From Eledone cirrhosa (taxonomy: Eukaryota), in the NCBI GenBank assembly GCA_964016885.1, contig OZ024766.1, positions 3,906,001-3,970,000 of the forward strand: a stretch of DNA of 64,000 nucleotides, read 5' to 3'. Under the pieces are notes generated by a model that worked only from the letters and a program-made list of their open reading frames with translations, was not told the DNA's origin and made no database searches. The first letter of the stretch is position 1; every line of letters starts with the position of its first letter. This document shows, piece by piece, positions 1 through 14,759 of this stretch. The position numbers were made by a program, and so were the translations under genes.

Positions 1-2518
1 GGCTCCCAGTCCACACTGTAAAGTAGTCATGTAGGAGACACAATAAAAAGGCTCCCAGTCCACACTGTAAAGTAGTCATGTAGGAGACACAATAAAAAGG
101 CTCCCAGTCCACACTGTAAAGTAGTCATGTAGGAGACACAATAAAAAGGCTCCCAGTCCACACCGTAAAGTAGTCATGTAGGAGACACAGTAAAAAGGCT
201 CCCAGTCCACACTGTAAAGTGGTCGTGTAGGAGACACAATAAAAAGGCTCCCAGTCCACACCGTAAAGTGGTAGTGTAGGAGACACAGTAAAAAGGCTCC
301 CAGTCCACACCGTAAAGTGGTCATGTAGGAGACACAGTAAAAAGGCTCCCAGTCCACACTGTAAAGTGGTCATGTAGGAGACACAGTAAAAAGGCTCCCA
401 GTCCACACTGTAAAGTGGTCATGTAGGAGACACAGTAAAAAGGCTCCCAGTCCACACTGTAAAGTGGTCATGTAGGAGACACAGTAAAAAGGCTCCCAGT
501 CCACACTGTAAGGTGGTCATGTAGGAGACACAGTAAAAAGGCTCCCAGTCCACACTGTAAAGTGGTCATGTAGGAGACACAGTAAAAAGGCTCCCAGTCC
601 ACACTGTAAGGTGGTCATGTAGGAGACACAGTAAAAAGGCTCCCAGTCCACACTGTAAAGTGGTCATGTAGGAGACACAGTAAAAAGGCTCCCAGTCCAC
701 ACTGTAAAGTGGTCATGTAGGAGACACAGTAAAAAGGCTCCCAGTCCACACTGTAAAGTGGTCATGTAGGAGACACAGTAAAAAGGCTCCCAGTCCACAC
801 TGTAAAGTGGTCATGTAGGAGACACAGTAAAAAGGCTCCCAGTCCACACTGTAAAGTGGTCATGTAGGAGACACAGTAAAAAGGCTCCCAGTCCACACTG
901 TAAAGTGGTCATGTAGGAGACACAGTAAAAAGGCTCCCAGTCCACACTGTAATGTGGTCATGTAGGAGACACAGTAAAAAGGCTCCCAGTCCACACTGTA
1001 AAGTGGTCATGTAGGAGACAGTAAAAAGGCTCCCAGTCCACACTGTAAAGTGGTCATGTAGGAGACACAGTAAAAAGGCTCCCAGTCCACACTGTAAAGT
1101 GGTCATGTAGGAGACACAGTAAAAAGGCTCCCAGTCCACACTGTAAAGTGGTCATGTAGGAGACACAGTAAAAAGGCTCCCAGTCCACACTGTAAAGTGG
1201 TCATGTAGGAGACACAGTAAAAAGGCTCCCAGTCCACACTGTAAAGTGGTCGTGTAGGAGACACAGTAAAAAGGCTCCCAGTCCACACTGTAAAGTGGTC
1301 ATGTAGGAGACACAGTAAAAAGGCTCCCAGTCCACACTGTAAAGTGGTCGTGTAGGAGACACAGTAAAAAGGCTCCCAGTCCACACTGTAAAGTAGTCAT
1401 GTAGGAGACACAGTAAAAAGGCTCCCAGTCCACACTGTAAAGTGGTCGTGTAGGAGACACAATAAAAAGGCTCCCAGTCCACACCGTAAAGTAGTCATGT
1501 AGGAGACACAGTAAAAAGGCTCCCAGTCCACACTGTAAAGTGGTCGTGTAGGAGACACAATAAAAAGGCTCCCAGTCCACACCGTAAAGTAGTCATGTAG
1601 GAGACACAGTAAAAAGGCTCCCAGTCCACACTGTAAAGTGGTCGTGTAGGAGACACAATAAAAAGGCTCCCAGTCCACACCGTAAAGTGGTAGTGTAGGA
1701 GACACAGTAAAAAGGCTCCCAGTCCACACCGTAAAGTGGTAGTGTAGGAGACACAGTAAAAAGGCTCCCAGTCCACACTGTAAAGTGGTCGTGTAGGAGA
1801 CACAGTAAAAAGGCTCCCAGTCCACACTGTAAAGTGGTCGTGTAGGAGACACAATAAAAAGGCTCCCAGTCCACACCGTAAAGTGGTCGTGTAGGAGACA
1901 CAATAAAAAGGCTCCCAGTCCACACTGTAAAGTGGTCATGTAGGAGACACAGTAAAAAGGCTCCCAGTCCACACTGTAAAGTGGTCATGTAGGAGACACA
2001 GTAAAAAGGCTCCCAGTCCACACTGTAAAGTGGTCATGTAGGAGACACAGTAAAAAGGCTCCCAGTCCACACTGTAAAGTGGTCGTGTAGGAGACACAAT
2101 AAAAAGGCTCCCAGTCCACACTGTAAAGTGGTCATGTAGGAGACACAGTAAAAAGGCTCCCAGTCCACACTGTAAAGTGGTCATGTAGGAGACACAGTAA
2201 AAAGGCTCCCAGTCCACACTGTAAAGTGGTCGTGTAGGAGACACAATAAAAAGGCTCCCAGTCCACACCGTAAAGTGGTAGTGTAGGAGACACAGTAAAA
2301 AGGCTCCCAGTCCACACCGTAAAGTGGTCATGTAGGAGACACAGTAAAAAGGCTCCCAGTCCACACTGTAAAGTGGTAGTGTAGGAGACACAGTAAAAAG
2401 GCTCCCAGTCCACACTGTAAAGTGGTCGTGTAGGAGACACAGTAAAAAGGCTCCCAGTCCACACTGTAAAGTGGTCATGTAGGAGACACAGTAAAAAGGC
2501 TCCCAGTCCACACTGTAA
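1..2518. repeat. 49-bp tandem satellite (~51 copies, cut by the window edge), amplified from a SINE internal segment
   Basis: Unit ggctcccagtccacactgtaaagtggtcatgtaggagacacagtaaaaa. It runs directly into the SINE body/tail at 2519-2680. Confidence 0.95.
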
Positions 2519-2744
2519 CTGTGGTTGGTGTTAGGAAGGGCATCCAGCCGTAGAAAACCGGCCAGAGACAGTCCTATACGAGCGAGACACGGTTACCCAA
2601 CCAATCTTGCCTCAAGTGGGGCAACAACACCATCCAACCCATGCTAGCGTGGAAGATGGAAGTTAAATGATGATGATGTTGTTGAAGCTGTGACATTCCC
2701 TCTGAGCAGTTCAGATGGGGTGGGCATGGCTGCATCTGGCTTAC

Positions 2745-2835
2745 CTGCTGAATATTTCTGTGTGATTTTTTTCATTGTGGGAGTGTCTCGGGAGAAAATG
2801 ATCTCGATCAACGTGGATTCGTCTGTACCGAGCCC
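2745..2835 (-). CDS. Annexin internal exon (91 nt), start of repeat 2: GLGTDESTLIEIIFSRDTPTMKKITQKYSA
   Basis: tccag acceptor (AG at 2837-2836) and gtaag donor (GT at 2744-2743). Carries the endonexin motif GxGTDE. The 91-nt phase 0/1 exon matches the conserved annexin layout. The gene continues beyond the left edge. Confidence 0.93.
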
Positions 2836-3349
2836 CTGGAGGGGAGTAGAGAGAAAAACGATGGAGGTTTGAAACAAGCTTGGACGCAGCTGTGGAGCAT
2901 GTAAAGAAAAATGAAAGGGGGGGAGCAGGGGGTGGCTGTGTGTGGGGGGTGGCTGTGTGTGTGGGGGTGGCTGTGTGTGGGGGGAGCAGGGGTGGATGTG
3001 TGTGTGGGGGGAGCAGGGGGTGGCTGTGTGTGGGGGGAGCAGGGGGTGGCTGTGTGTGTGGGGGGAGCAGGGGTGGCTGTGTGTGTGGGGGGGGAGGTGC
3101 CTGGGTGGCGAAGGGTTGCCTGATTGAAGGGAGAGGTGGGGGGCTTATGTGGGGGCAGGGTGCCTGCTTGAGGAGGGCATGTCCGAGGGGGAAGGGGTGG
3201 GGTGGTGGGGCGGCTTTGTGGGAGGAGGAGGAGGGTGTGTGTGCTGGTGGAGAGGTGGTGACTGTGTGGGGGTGGGGTGCCCTCCCCCGTCCCACCCTTG
3301 CAAGCAGGGAAAAGCGGACGTAAAATGATGATGATGATGATGATGATGA

Positions 3350-3425
<76 letters not shown>

Positions 3426-3446
3426 GCACAAACATGTATACATATA

Positions 3447-3488
<42 letters not shown>

Positions 3489-3503
3489 ATATATATGACT
3501 TAC

Positions 3504-3617
3504 TTTGACAGCTCTACGTAGTTCTTTGACGTCATACATGAGAGGATCTGTAAGGAGAGCAAGGGCGGTGTCCTTGTAACGGAAGCTGAGGTCACCAGAG
3601 ATGTCACTGACCATTGA
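3504..3617 (-). CDS. Annexin exon (114 nt): [38 protein letters not shown]
   Basis: ttccag acceptor and gtaagt donor, phase 0/0. Annexin repeat 1 end and repeat 2 start (P..YDxxELRRAxK). Joins in frame to the flanking exons. Confidence 0.93.
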
Positions 3618-3660
3618 CTGGAATTGATAGACACATGTATATATATATATGTGTATATAT

Positions 3661-4182
3661 ATATTGTTATACTTTGGGAGGGTCATGTTGCCAATAAGAA
3701 ACACACGCACCAGTTGCTTTCACTTCAATTTAATTTATTGAATATTTATAAATTTACAAATTTATAAATTTCTGGTTGGTTGGTTGGTTCCACAACCAGA
3801 TAGTTGTTTATATATATATAGTCATAGTTCTTTCGTCACACACTCTGTGACCTCTTCAGTGACTGGGGATTTCTTTCTTCGTTTCTGTGCCTTTCCTTTC
3901 TTCTATCCTACGCCATTTTGTTCAAAATGGCTTAGGATAGAAGAAAGGAAAGGCACAGAAACGAAGAAAGAAATCCCCAGTCACTGAAGAGGTCACAGAG
4001 TGTGTGACGAAAGAACTATGACTATATATATATAAACAACTATCTGGTTGTGGAACCAACCAACCAACCAGAAATTTATAAATTTGTAAATTTATAAATA
4101 TTTAATAAATTAAATTGAAGTGAAAGCAACTGGTGCGTGTGTTTCTTATTGGCAACATGACCCTCCCAAAGTATAACAATAT
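3661..4182. mobile_element. Near-perfect fold-back palindrome (260-bp arms, 2-nt loop) in (TA)n, bearing a hammerhead-like motif; probable Penelope-like remnant
   Basis: 3661-3920 is the reverse complement of 3923-4182. A related single copy lies at ~21803-22030. Confidence 0.8.
3979..4023 (+). ncRNA. Minimal type I hammerhead-like motif (mirror copy at 3820-3864, minus)
   Basis: agtca-CTGAAGA-g-gtcac/agagtgt/gtgac-GAAAG-aa-CTA-tgact. Stems I and II pair, with one extra nt before stem II. Confidence 0.55.
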
Positions 4183-4238
4183 CGGTTTCAACACACGATT
4201 TCAGATAAAGAATCTTGCTAAACAAATTCAGAAACGAA

Positions 4239-4337
<99 letters not shown>

Positions 4338-4636
4338 GGAAAAATTTGAACAGGGACAAAACAGAGAGGCAGTACAACAAATGTTTATTAATTTCACGCT
4401 CTGGAGAGTGGGGTGTTGGTGGGGGACGACGTTTTGGGCGTAAGCCCTTCCTCAGGTGAGAAGTGTGTGGGAACAGAGTTCAAAAGGTGTGTAGGGGAGT
4501 GGTGGAGAGACATATAGCGAAAGGAAACGGTGCGAATGAAAAAATAAAAAATAAATTTAAAAATAAAGGCATGATCAAAATAAACTGAAATTAAAAGGGG
4601 GTTATATATATATAAAGGGGGTTATATATATATATA

Positions 4637-5020
4637 TTATGAAAATAAAACAAAGAAGCCTTCAATACATCAAAAGTCTTTATTAGCCAACAATGTTTCA
4701 TCCTATTAAGGACTTATCAGGGCAATTAAAACAACAAGAAGTATTATCGGCCAATACAAGCCGAAAACTCCGAAGAATATGGAGTGTACATACACTAAAG
4801 TATTGCAAGATTATGGGTAAAAATTTTTACCTATTTTTACCCATAATCTTGCAATACTTTAGTGTATGTACACTCCATATTCTTCGGAGTTTTCGGCTTG
4901 TATAGGCCGATAATACTTCTTGTTGTTTTAATTGCCCTGATGAGTCCTTAATAGGACGAAACATTGTTGGCTAATAAAGACTTTTGATGTATTGAAGGCT
5001 TCTTTGTTTTACTTTCATAA
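4637..5020. mobile_element. Fold-back palindrome (~187-bp arms) with a hammerhead motif
   Basis: 4637-4823 is the reverse complement of 4834-5020, with few mismatches. Flanked by (TA)n. Confidence 0.8.
4931..4975 (+). ncRNA. Minimal type I hammerhead ribozyme motif
   Basis: attgcc-CTGATGA-gtcct/taat/aggac-GAAAC-att-GTT-ggctaat. Confidence 0.65.
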
Positions 5021-5118
5021 TTCTTCGGCTCTGTTTAATTACATTGAGCTATACCTTTTACTGTCATTTCTATAATACGAAGAGGGTGTTTAACTCCAAC
5101 ACGCTCTAGTATTTTAAT

Positions 5119-5168
<50 letters not shown>

Positions 5169-5211
5169 GATATTAAACAAATGGAAACTATATTTATAAA
5201 ACCATATTTAT

Positions 5212-5271
5212 TTCATTATACATATTTCAGGGATACCATATTAAAAATATGGCATGCCTTCGTCAGATAAA
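5212..5271 (-). ncRNA. Hammerhead-like motif (related copy at 45314-45375, minus)
   Basis: tttat-CTGACGA-agg...cct-GAAAT-atgt-ATA-atgaa. The 45.3-kb copy reads CTGATGA-aag...ctt-GAAAT-atat-ATA. Confidence 0.45.
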
Positions 5272-5514
5272 ATACAATATATAAACAGTTTTATAAATAA
5301 TTTTGACGTACCATATTATAAGCGACCATTATATTAGGAAGCTGTCAGGATAGTGATGTGTTTATAATTATTTAGTTATAGTGTTAAGCACAGTTAGAAA
5401 AAAGATGGAGAAAAAGAGGAAACTGAGGTAAAGAAAAAAACAGAGAGAGAGAGGGGAGAGAAAGAAAAGGAGAGGGAAAAAAATAGATAGGAGAAAGAAA
5501 TAAGAGAGGCAAAC

Positions 5515-6360
5515 CACAACCATCACCACTACTACCACTACCTCCATCACCACCACCACCAATCACCACCACCACCACCTACACCACCACCGCCACTACC
5601 GCCACCACTACAACACAACTCCACCATCACCACCACCACCACCACCACCACCACCACCACCACCACTACAACAACTCCACCACCACCACCACCATCACAA
5701 CCACAACCATCACCACCACCACCACCACCACCACCACCACCACCACCACCACCACCACCACCAATCACCACCACCACCACCACCACCACCACCAATCACC
5801 ACCACCACCAATCACCACCACCACCAACCACCACCACCAATCACCACCACCACCACCACCACCACCACCACCACTACAACACCACACCACCACCACCACC
5901 ACCATCACAACCACAACCACCACCACCACCACCACCACCACCACCACCACCACCACCACCACCACCAATCACCACCACCACCACCACCACCAATCACCAC
6001 CACCACCAATCACCACCACCACCAACCACCACCACCAATCACCACCACCACCACCACCACCACCACCACCACCACCACTACAACAACTCCACCACCACCA
6101 CCACCATCACAACCACAACCATCACCACCACCACCACCACCACCACCACCACCACCACCACCAATCACCACCACCACCACCACCACCACCACCACCACCA
6201 CCACCACCACCACCACCACCACCACCACCACCACCACTTACACCACCACCACCACCACCAATCACCACCACCACCACCAATCACCACCACCACCACCACC
6301 ACCACCACCACCACCACCACCACTTACACCACCACCACCACCACCACCACCACCACCACC
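5515..6360. repeat. (CAC)n microsatellite. Similar CAC/TGG tracts at 29078-29305, 30218-31213, 34895-35340, 50185-50690, 57080-57420 and 60975-61600
   Basis: Direct inspection. Confidence 0.95.
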
Positions 6361-6369
6361 ACGAGGTAC

Positions 6370-6464
6370 CTTCTGGTGCATGTCGCTATAGGCAACCATC
6401 ATCTCTATCCTCTGCTTGAAGTTACACCCACTGAGGAGTTGAATAACTTTTGCATCATTTGTAC
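6370..6464 (-). CDS. Annexin exon (95 nt): (G)TNDAKVIQLLSGCNFKQRIEMMVAYSDMHQK
   Basis: ttgcag acceptor and GT donor at 6369-6368, phase 1/0. Completes the GFGTND motif of repeat 1 and has the QR..I...Y pattern. Confidence 0.9.
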
Positions 6465-6508
6465 CTGCAACAAAACCGAGTCATCATCATCATCATCATA
6501 TATCGGTA

Positions 6509-7135
6509 ATATAATTGTTTCTACGTTAGGCACAAGGCCAGCAATTACCCCAGTGTATTACTGGTACTTTATTTTGTAAAATATAATAATTGTTTCTACT
6601 TTAGGGGGCACAAGGCCAGCAATTACCCCAGTGTATTACTGGTACTTTATTTTGTAAAATATAATAATTGTTTCTACTTTAGGAGGCACAAGGCCAGCAA
6701 TTACCCCAGTGTATTACTGGTACTTTATTTTGTAAAATATAATAATTGTTTCTACTTTAGGCACAAGGCCAGCAATTACCCCAGTGTATTACTGGTACTT
6801 TATTTTATCGACCACGTAATAATTGTTTCTACTTTAGGCACAAGGCCAGCAATTACCCCAGTGTATTACTGGTACTTTATTTTATCGACCCTGTAATAAT
6901 TGTTTCTACTTTAGGGGGCACAAGGCCAGCAATTACCCCAGTGTATTACTGGTACTTTATTTTATCGACCCTGTAATAATTGTTTCTACTTTAGGGGGCA
7001 CAAGGCCAGCAATTACCCCAGTGTATTACTGGTACTCTATTTTATCGACCCTGTAATAATTGTTTCTACTTTTGGCACAAGGCCAGCAATTACCCCAGTG
7101 TATTACTGGTACTCTATTTTATCGACCATGTAAGG
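6509..7135. repeat. ~62-68-bp tandem array (~9 copies) of a Meta-type SINE 3' end
   Basis: Unit aattgtttctactttaggcacaaggccagcaattaccccagtgtattactggtactttatttt matches 22332-22400. Confidence 0.85.
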
Positions 7136-8006
7136 AGGAAAGGCAAATGATTAAAGCTAATGTGTATTTGTCCGTCATGCAAAGGGAAGTAACTCATCTA
7201 TGTATGAGTATGTAAATATAAACATATAAATATAATTGCTTCTACTTTAGGCACAAGGCCAGCAATTACCCCAGTGCATTACTGCTACTTTATTTAATCG
7301 ACCACGTAAGGAGGAAAGGCAAATGATAAAAGCTAATGTGTATTTGTCCGTCATGCAAAGGGAAGTAACTCATCTATGTATGAGTATGTAAATATAAACA
7401 TATAAATATAATGAGATATATTATACAAAATAGTGGTTACATACACACACATCTAAGTGATGGAGTGGAAGGAAGGGGCCATTCGCTACACCTGTGTATG
7501 AGTAGTACGAACGAGCAATGCACATGAGTTATCCTAGGCCGACTTGAATAAGCTATAAGGTCGCTAAAAATAGCAGTCCACAGCTAATCAAGTAGGCAAA
7601 TGCTCAACTATCTAAACTACAACAAAGTAAGGAGTGCGGGACTGCGTACAGTTTATAATTTTTTATCCCATTAGTAAAATAAGTTGGATTACTTTGAATA
7701 AATAATGAATGAATATTACATAATTTATCTGCTAAATTTCGTGGCTGTTGATTAAACATATTTTATTGCTTATTTAAAGATTCACTTCTTTAAAATTTTC
7801 AAATGTCAACACGTTAGCCATGGCTTAGATAAACATTCATATATTTCTGTCACTAATTTTCTCCTAATGCAGTTTATATATAATATCGTCTTTTTTAATG
7901 TATCATGGATTACTTTACTGATTACATAAGACAGTGTAACGCAGTCTTCGTTCAATTTCTGTGTATTATATATTGCCAATTACGATTTTATTTGATGTAT
8001 CATATC

Positions 8007-8059
<53 letters not shown>

Positions 8060-8179
8060 GTGTATAATATCAATATACACACTACACATGCTAGCAGAAA
8101 AACCACCAAAAAGGGTGGTTTTTCTGCTAGTGTTAATTAATAAATTAGGACCCCAAATACATCACATTAAAATATATAC

Positions 8180-8632
8180 CTAGAAACAGCACAGCTCCCT
8201 TGACTTTCGGAAACTTTGGATACATCAAGGCTCTGATGTCTGGCAACTGACTTGGTAAACCTCCCCCCCCCCCCCCCCCCCCCCCAAAAAAAAATTATTA
8301 ACCATCTTGCCAACAACAACCCAGAAAACAGCACAGCTCCCTTGACTTTCGGAAACTTTGGATACATCAAGGCTCTGATGTCTGGCAACTGACTTGGTAA
8401 ACCCCCCCAAAATTATTAACCATCTTGCCAACAACAACCCAGAAAACAGCACAGCTCCCTTGACTTTCAGAAACTTTGGATACATCAAGGCTCTGATGTC
8501 TGGCAACTGACTTGGTAAACCCCCCCAAAATTATTAACCATCTTGCCAACAACAACCCAGAAAACAGCACAGCTCCCATGATTTTTGGAAACATTTTTTC
8601 ACGCTTAGAGTAGCTGAAACATGGAACAGACT
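8180..8632 (+). repeat. 118-bp tandem repeat (~3.5 copies) running into a CR1-group LINE 3' fragment
   Basis: Period 118. The end reads FFTLRVAETWNRL, like 20965-21240. Confidence 0.75.
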
Positions 8633-8753
8633 ATTTTGATAGTATCTTGGCCAGTCTATGAACATTTCAGCTGACCCTTGAAGCTGACCCTTGAAGCTGA
8701 CCCTTGAAGCTGACCCCAGAAGCCAGTAAAATAATGATTTAAAAATTATTTAC

Positions 8754-8829
8754 CAAACCCAGCTATTGCTTTGTGCATTTCTTTAGCATCTTTGGTGGCA
8801 TCAAAATTCTTGGCTGCAGTTACTGTTCC
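8754..8829 (-). CDS. Annexin exon (76 nt): GTVTAAKNFDATKDAKEMHKAIAGF(G)
   Basis: ttttag acceptor and gtaaat donor. GTV....FD...DA..L/M.KA..G.G is the canonical entry into annexin repeat 1. Confidence 0.92.
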
Positions 8830-8906
8830 CTAAAAGTAGAGGAGAGAAAATATATTTAACCCTTTGGAACATAACTTAATGATGATGATGATATACACAT
8901 AAACAT

Positions 8907-9010
8907 TGAAGTTCACGGTGGAGATGACGAAGGACCATGACAAGTGGAGAGATGCTGTGCTGAATAGGACGCGTCCCAACCCCTTGCAAGCAGGGAAGAG
9001 CGGACGTAAA

Positions 9011-9046
<36 letters not shown>
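8907..9046 (+). mobile_element. RTE-type LINE 3' end with (GAT)n tail (second copy at 40445-40580, minus)
   Basis: Encodes ...VEMTKDHDKWRDAVL, then cccttgcaagcagggaagagcggacgtaaaatgatgatg. Confidence 0.7.
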
Positions 9047-9059
9047 TGTGTGTATATGC

Positions 9060-9091
<32 letters not shown>

Positions 9092-9165
9092 ATTTATGTC
9101 AGCGAGTGCACATTTGCATATATATTTGTTGACACTTCACAGCAGTATTGATCTTGTTAAGTAAA

Positions 9166-9201
<36 letters not shown>

Positions 9202-9214
9202 TGTGTGTATATGC

Positions 9215-9246
<32 letters not shown>

Positions 9247-9477
9247 ATTTATGTCAGCGAGTGCACATTTGCATATATATTTGTTGACACTTCACAGCAG
9301 TATTGATCTTGTTAACGCCCCCGCCCCCCCGCCCCCCCCCACACACACACTCATTTCTAACATTCACTAATTAATTAGGCAAACATCTGTTTCATTGAAC
9401 ATTGCTGTTGACATATTTTTTAAACAGGAATAGTAAATTATATTGTGAAATTGTATGTGTGTGTGTGTGTATATATA

Positions 9478-10054
<577 letters not shown>

Positions 10055-10162
10055 TATTTTCCGTTGTGTTGTAATATAAATATTACACACAGTAGATTAT
10101 CAGCTCACGTAGAGTTTGCTCGACGGTTCCAGTTGTAGTTCCAAAAGTAATCCGGAGAAAAA

Positions 10163-11849
<1,687 letters not shown>

Positions 11850-12182
11850 GAGGCACATGCCTTAGTGGTTAGAGCATTGGCCTTGCAATCGAAAGGTTGT
11901 GAGTTCAATTCTCAGACCGGGTGATGTGTTGTTTCCTTGAGCAAGACACTTTATTTCACATTGCTCCAGTTTACTCAGCTGTAGAAATGAGATGATAGGG
12001 ACTGGGGTCCCTATCATTCCACTGCAAAGTGGTCGTGGAGGTGCCACGGCAAAAAAGCACCCAGCACTCACTGTAAATGAGGTTGGTGTTAGGAAGGGCA
12101 TCCAGCTGTAGAGATCAAGCCAGCATCAATTCCCGTCCCACCCTTGCAAGCAGGGAAAAGTGGACGTAAAATGAATGAATGA
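11850..12182 (+). mobile_element. CORE-type SINE (tail type A). Further copies at 24024-24366(+), 28150-28528(-), 31490-31900(-), 33150-34265(+), 40070-40388(+), 51767-51920(+, partial) and 56135-56459(-)
   Basis: Near-identical dispersed copies with head ggaggcacatggcttagtggttagagc...gagttcaattc, CORE domain and RTE-like tail. Confidence 0.88.
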
Positions 12183-12184
12183 CA

Positions 12185-12217
<33 letters not shown>

Positions 12218-12852
12218 CATGTATATATATACATATATGTATATACATATATATATATATAGGCTTTGTGCAGTGCCTTTGCTCACTATAAAAGCTTCAC
12301 AGCACAGGCATTACTTTATATCTGGAGATCTCTCTGCACTTGTCCTCACATGGTACCATGGGCCCAGCACTATGTGTCAATAATTGTCACAAGTGTAGTG
12401 TTTGTACCAGAGTTTTCAAGTCGCTGGCTGGACTAAAAAGTCACACTCGTTCAGCGCATCGGTAGGGGTTCTCCTACATGGATATAAAGTAGTGGCCGTA
12501 CTCGAAAACGAGTTGGCAGCCACCATATACATGTATATATATATATATATATACATATATCATCATCGTCATCATCATATATATATACATATATATACAT
12601 ATATATATATATTCATATATAATTGATGGAAGCCACAGAGTGGGAGGACCGAGAAAAACCTGGGACGAAGTGATAAAAACTAACCTTGTCTAAGGCAATG
12701 CCACTGGATTGAGATCTTTGGCGCTATGCAGTTGTACAGAAGGCCTGACTGCCATTCCATATAACTTAAACCCTCAGTCAGTAGGCATCTCTTAACCCAA
12801 TGTACCCAGCCCTTCGTCATCCCCTCCGTGAGCTTCAGTGATCTGAGGTCAG

Positions 12853-14425
12853 CTCTCACCACCTCCGCCCATGTTTTTCATGATCTTCCTCTACCACGTC
12901 TTCCTTCTACTGGGATTTCTTGGCACTTCTTTACCCAGCGGTCATCTTCCATGCACATCACATGTCCATACCAATGCAGTCTTCTCTCCTGCACACTACA
13001 ACTTATTCCTCTTATACACAGTTTCTCTCTCACCACCTCTGCCCATGTTTTACGTGGTCTTCCTCTACTGTGTCTTCCTTCCACTGGGATTTCTTGGCAC
13101 TTCTTTACCCAGCGGTCATCCTCCATGTACATCACATGTCCATACCATCTCAGTCTTCTCTCCTCTACACACTACAGTTTAATCCTCTTATACACAGTTT
13201 TACTCTCACCACCTCCGCCCATGTTTTTCATGGTCTTCCTCCACTGCATCTTCCTTCCACTGGGATTTCTTGGCACTTCTTTACCCAGCGGTCATCCTCC
13301 ATGTACATCACATGTCCATACCAACACAGTCTTCTCTCCTCTACACACTACAGTTTAATCCTCTTATACACAGTTTTACTCTCACCACCTCCGCCCATGT
13401 TTTTCATGGTCTTCCTCCACTGCATCTTCCTTCCACTGGGATTTCTTGGCACTTCTTTACCCAGCGGTCATCCTCCATGTACATCACATGTCCATACCAA
13501 CACAGTCTTCTCTCCTCTACACACTACAGTTTAATCCTCTTATACACAGTTTTACTCTCACCACCTCCGCCCGTGTTTTTCGTGGTCTTCCTCTACTGCG
13601 TCTTCCTTCCACTGGGATTTCTTGGCACTTCTTTACCCAGCGGTCATCCTCCATGTACATCACATGTCCATACCAACACAGTCTTCTCTCCTCTACACAC
13701 TACAGTTTAATCCTCTTATACACAGTTTTACTCTCACCACCTCCGCCCGTGTTTTTCGTGGTCTTCCTCTACTGCGTCTTCCTTCCACTGGGATTTCTTG
13801 GCACTTCTTTACCCAGCGGTCATCCTCCATGTACATCACATGTCCATACCAACACAGTCTTCTCTCCTCTACACACTACAGTTTAATCCTCTTATACACA
13901 GTTTTACTCTCACCACCTCCGCCCGTGTTTTTCGTGGTCTTCCTCTACTGCGTCTTCCTTCCACTGGGATTTCTTGTCACTTCTTTACCCAGCGGTCATC
14001 CTCCATGTACATCACATGTCCATACCAACACAGTCTTCTCTCCTCTACACACTACAGTTTAATTCTCTTATACACAGTTTTACTCTCACCACCTCCGCCC
14101 GTGTTTTTCGTGGTCTTCCTCCACTGCATCTTCCTTCCACTGGGATTTCTTGGCACTTCTTTACCCAGCGGTCATCCTCCATGTACATCACATGTCCATA
14201 CCAACACAGTCTTCTCTCCTCTACACACTACAGTTTAATCCTCTTATACACAGTTTTACTCTCACCACCTCCGCCCGTGTTTTTCGTGGTCTTCCTCCAC
14301 TGCGTCTTCCTTCTACTGAGATTACTTGCCACTTCTTTACCCAGCGGTCATCTTCCACATGGCCATACCAACACAGTCTTATTTCCTGCACACTACAGTT
14401 TAATCCTCTTATACATAGTTTCACT
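12853..14425 (-). repeat. 176-bp tandem array (~9 copies) of an RTE LINE C-terminal fragment
   Basis: Period 176. The minus strand encodes RRLHWYGHVMCMEDDRWVKKCQEIPVEGR..RGRPRKTW. Confidence 0.88.
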
Positions 14426-14444
14426 ATATATTACACAATATATT

Positions 14445-14511
<67 letters not shown>

Positions 14512-14697
14512 AAAGTTATATTTAAATTGTTGGGTTAACAACGAGTAAATATTTATAACTGATATAAAAGCACTCAACAAGTATTTGGAGTATATTTATG
14601 ATATTAAATAAATGGAAACTATATTTATAAAACCATATTTGAAATATATATAACGGAATAAATATGGTTTTATAAATATAGTTTCCATTTATTTAAT

Positions 14698-14751
<54 letters not shown>

Positions 14752-14759
<8 letters not shown>

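Noticed and set aside
1-2518. CRISPR-like regular array
   Set aside because: There are no unique spacers. It is head-to-tail 49-bp units derived from a SINE, in eukaryotic context with no cas genes.
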